This document shows, in pieces, positions 61,901 through 64,000 of a stretch of 64,000 nt of DNA. The notes beneath the pieces were generated by a model. That model saw only the letters and a list, made by a program, of their open reading frames with translations. It ran no database searches and was not told the DNA's origin. This stretch comes from Takakia lepidozioides (Eukaryota > Plantae > Bryophyta). The stretch's first letter is position 1. Each line of letters starts with the position of its first letter. The position numbers and the translations under genes are program-made. Where the stretch lies: NCBI GenBank assembly GCA_030704615.1, contig CM060733.1:48050001-48114000 (forward strand), in the 5' to 3' direction.

Positions 61901-63558
61901 GTATTATGGGGTCTTGGCACCACTCTTGGCGAGCTTCCCCCTTACTTTGTTTCTCGTGCAGGTTTGTTTTGCTTCTTCCTCTGTCTCTGGTTCTGCAGCT
62001 TGCCTTTCTAAGTGCTCATGTATGTCTTTATGTAATTGTTTTCTAGTATAGTCAAACCATAGGAACCATTTGGGAATCAGATATGGAACACTAACTGTCT
62101 CCAGTGTCAAGTTGGACCACTTATCTCTCTAGAAACCTGTGGATTCTGACAGACTTGGTATCGGGTTCTAAAGGCTTACCAGCCTTTGTAACCGGCTGAA
62201 ATTCTGGCAATCGGTATTGGAAGAAGATTCTTGTCACTCTCCCATTAGAAAAGCACGTAGTTGTAGATTCTGAAAGATGAAAGGATATTCATGACAAAAC
62301 ATGTTTCTTCAAATGCAGCACGCATGTCAGGGGAGAGGGTGAAAGAATTGGAAGACTTGACAAGCCCAGAAGAAAACGGGGGTAGCGGCTTGTTTGATCG
62401 CTTGAAGCGCTGGACCCTTACACATTTTCGACAATTTGGCTTTTTCACAATCCTCCTCTTTGCATCGGTATTCTCCTCACTTCATCCATTGGTTTTGGGA
62501 AACCAAGTGCATGTGTGTAGGGATTTTAAAGGCCCTGGAAATTGTCGTCTGGATTGGATAGTCTACTGGCATACATCTCTCTTTTCACCGGTCTGGAAGG
62601 CTAGAACTTTCCATTGTGAAGCTTAGTGGCAGCTCTGAAGATCAACCCTGTCAACTTTCTGCTTGCGTGCCTTCAACCACAAAATGGACCATAGACAAGA
62701 GTGTTCTTGCCTGATGGAACATCCGATTTTTCTGCCCCTTCATGCCGCTCTGCTGGCGATATGTGATGCCTGAAGGGCTCTCTATCTCTCTTATAACACT
62801 CACACGAGCAAATGGTTGTCACTTTACTTACTTTATTGCCCTACCATAGTAATTTCCTCAGCAGATGAAGGCTGGCGGGGAATACAATGCAGGTGCCAAA
62901 TCCATTGTTTGATCTGGCCGGCATTATGTGTGGCCAGTTTCTGGTGCCCTTTTGGAAGTTTTTCCTGGCCACTTTGATTGGCAAGGCTTTGATCAAGACA
63001 CATATTCAGGTGAACCCCACTTTCCCCCCTCTGGTTTTCATTTTCTTAACAGACTGTCATGCAACCACAACACTATTTTCTTCCAGCTACTGGGAGCAGG
63101 AGTGCTGAAATTTCTGCTAATGATGTCTATGGCAACACAAGCACTACCACAATTCTGTCTATATGCCGACAGCCACAAGGAACAGTCTGAGTGACAGTCT
63201 CTTCTTGGGTTTCCCAGTCATATGCTCAGATTGATTCGTCTGTGTTTGAATGGGAGTTTTGTTTCTGTTTGTGTGAATTGACCTGCATTTACCGGTTCTG
63301 GCATCTTCAAGTCCACTTAGCCTTTGCTAACCACCGTTTGGATGTGTGAGAACGCTGAGCTTGACAGAGGTGTGGGGTGTGGGGGGCCAGACGGTGTTCA
63401 TAATACTGGTGTGCAATGCACATCTTTTGGAGATTATTGAGACTGGCCTGGGCTGGGTCATCATCCATGTCCCTGCCCTTGCCCACTGGTCTCCATCCAT
63501 CATGGCTGCCCTGGCAAATGCCAAAGATATATTCCATGGCAAGTCGACTGTTTCCAAG
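58983..63558 (+). CDS. VMP1: Vacuole membrane protein 1 (VMP1/KMS1, VTT/DedA domain); partial, spliced
   Basis: Exons 58983-59194, 61123-61201 ([13 protein letters not shown]), 61647-61961 ([16 protein letters not shown]...[18 protein letters not shown]), 62319-62467, 62893-63009 ([16 protein letters not shown]) and 63391-63558. First and last exons not located. Confidence 0.92.
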
Positions 63559-63860
63559 GTACTGCAGTCTCTCTCTCACACATGCAGGAACCCTTCAAAT
63601 GAACGCCTTAGTTAATGTAACATGTCTGCCTTTCACCTATTACTACCCTTCACCTGCTATCAATCATTCGTTCCCCTCATCTTTTTGCGTCTAATGCTCT
63701 GTTGAACTACGTGGATAATATCATACATATGCTCTAGGGTTTCAGTGCCCTCCAAGCACCCCCTGCTGCTCCATCTGAAGCATCTCTCTCTCTGGGTCTT
63801 CAGCAGATGTAATAAAGCTTGTTCATCTCTCTCTCATCTCTTTCTCTCTCTCTCTCTCTC

Positions 63861-64000
63861 GCAAAATCTTGAGGCTGAGCCTAAGGCCGTGGCCCTCTTG
63901 GGGTCTAATTTCTGGGCAGCTCACACACTGCAAGTTTGTATTAAGGGCTTTCTAGAGGATATTTGCAAAACCCAAACTAATTGTCTGCATCAAGTTAAGT
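63861..64000 (+). mobile_element. Another truncated copy of the (TC)n-associated LINE, in a VMP1 intron
   Basis: Directly after (TC)n at 63826-63860; aaaatcttgaggctgagcctaagg...aagggctttctagaggatatt aligns with 49185-49330 and 49670-49810. Confidence 0.75.

Overview
Eukaryotic nuclear DNA from a land plant, most likely a non-seed plant. The bryophyte/lycophyte-like indicators are a very regular PLS-PPR gene, a Tcn1-like chromovirus and moss-type transposon ORFs; the species cannot be determined. Host genes: the 3' part of an HP30/TRIC-type Tim17/22/23+SAM gene, a PLS-E PPR gene with a decayed DYW domain, an LRR receptor-like protein, a PRLI-interacting factor A-like gene, a FEY-type SDR, an intronless RH10/RRP3 DEAD-box helicase, and VMP1/KMS1. 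About 12-39 kb is a transposon nest. Its centrepiece is an 11.2-kb Ty3/Gypsy element (24228-35389, minus strand) with three unusual properties. (i) A C5 cytosine DNA-methyltransferase domain lies between protease and RT, and a PHD finger ends the integrase. (ii) Its ends are not two equal LTRs but a split-direct-repeat layout (sense strand: B...A-B-A), even though it has a DDE integrase, TG...CA termini and a 4-bp target-site duplication. (iii) It has a Tf1-like self-complementary primer site instead of a tRNA PBS. A second A+B terminal unit built on a different LTR family (36452-37113) suggests the architecture is not a one-off. This copy is decayed (stops, frameshifts, RT YxDD deleted). A (TC)n-associated LINE has inserted repeatedly into introns. 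All calls come from reading motifs by eye; no database searches were run.
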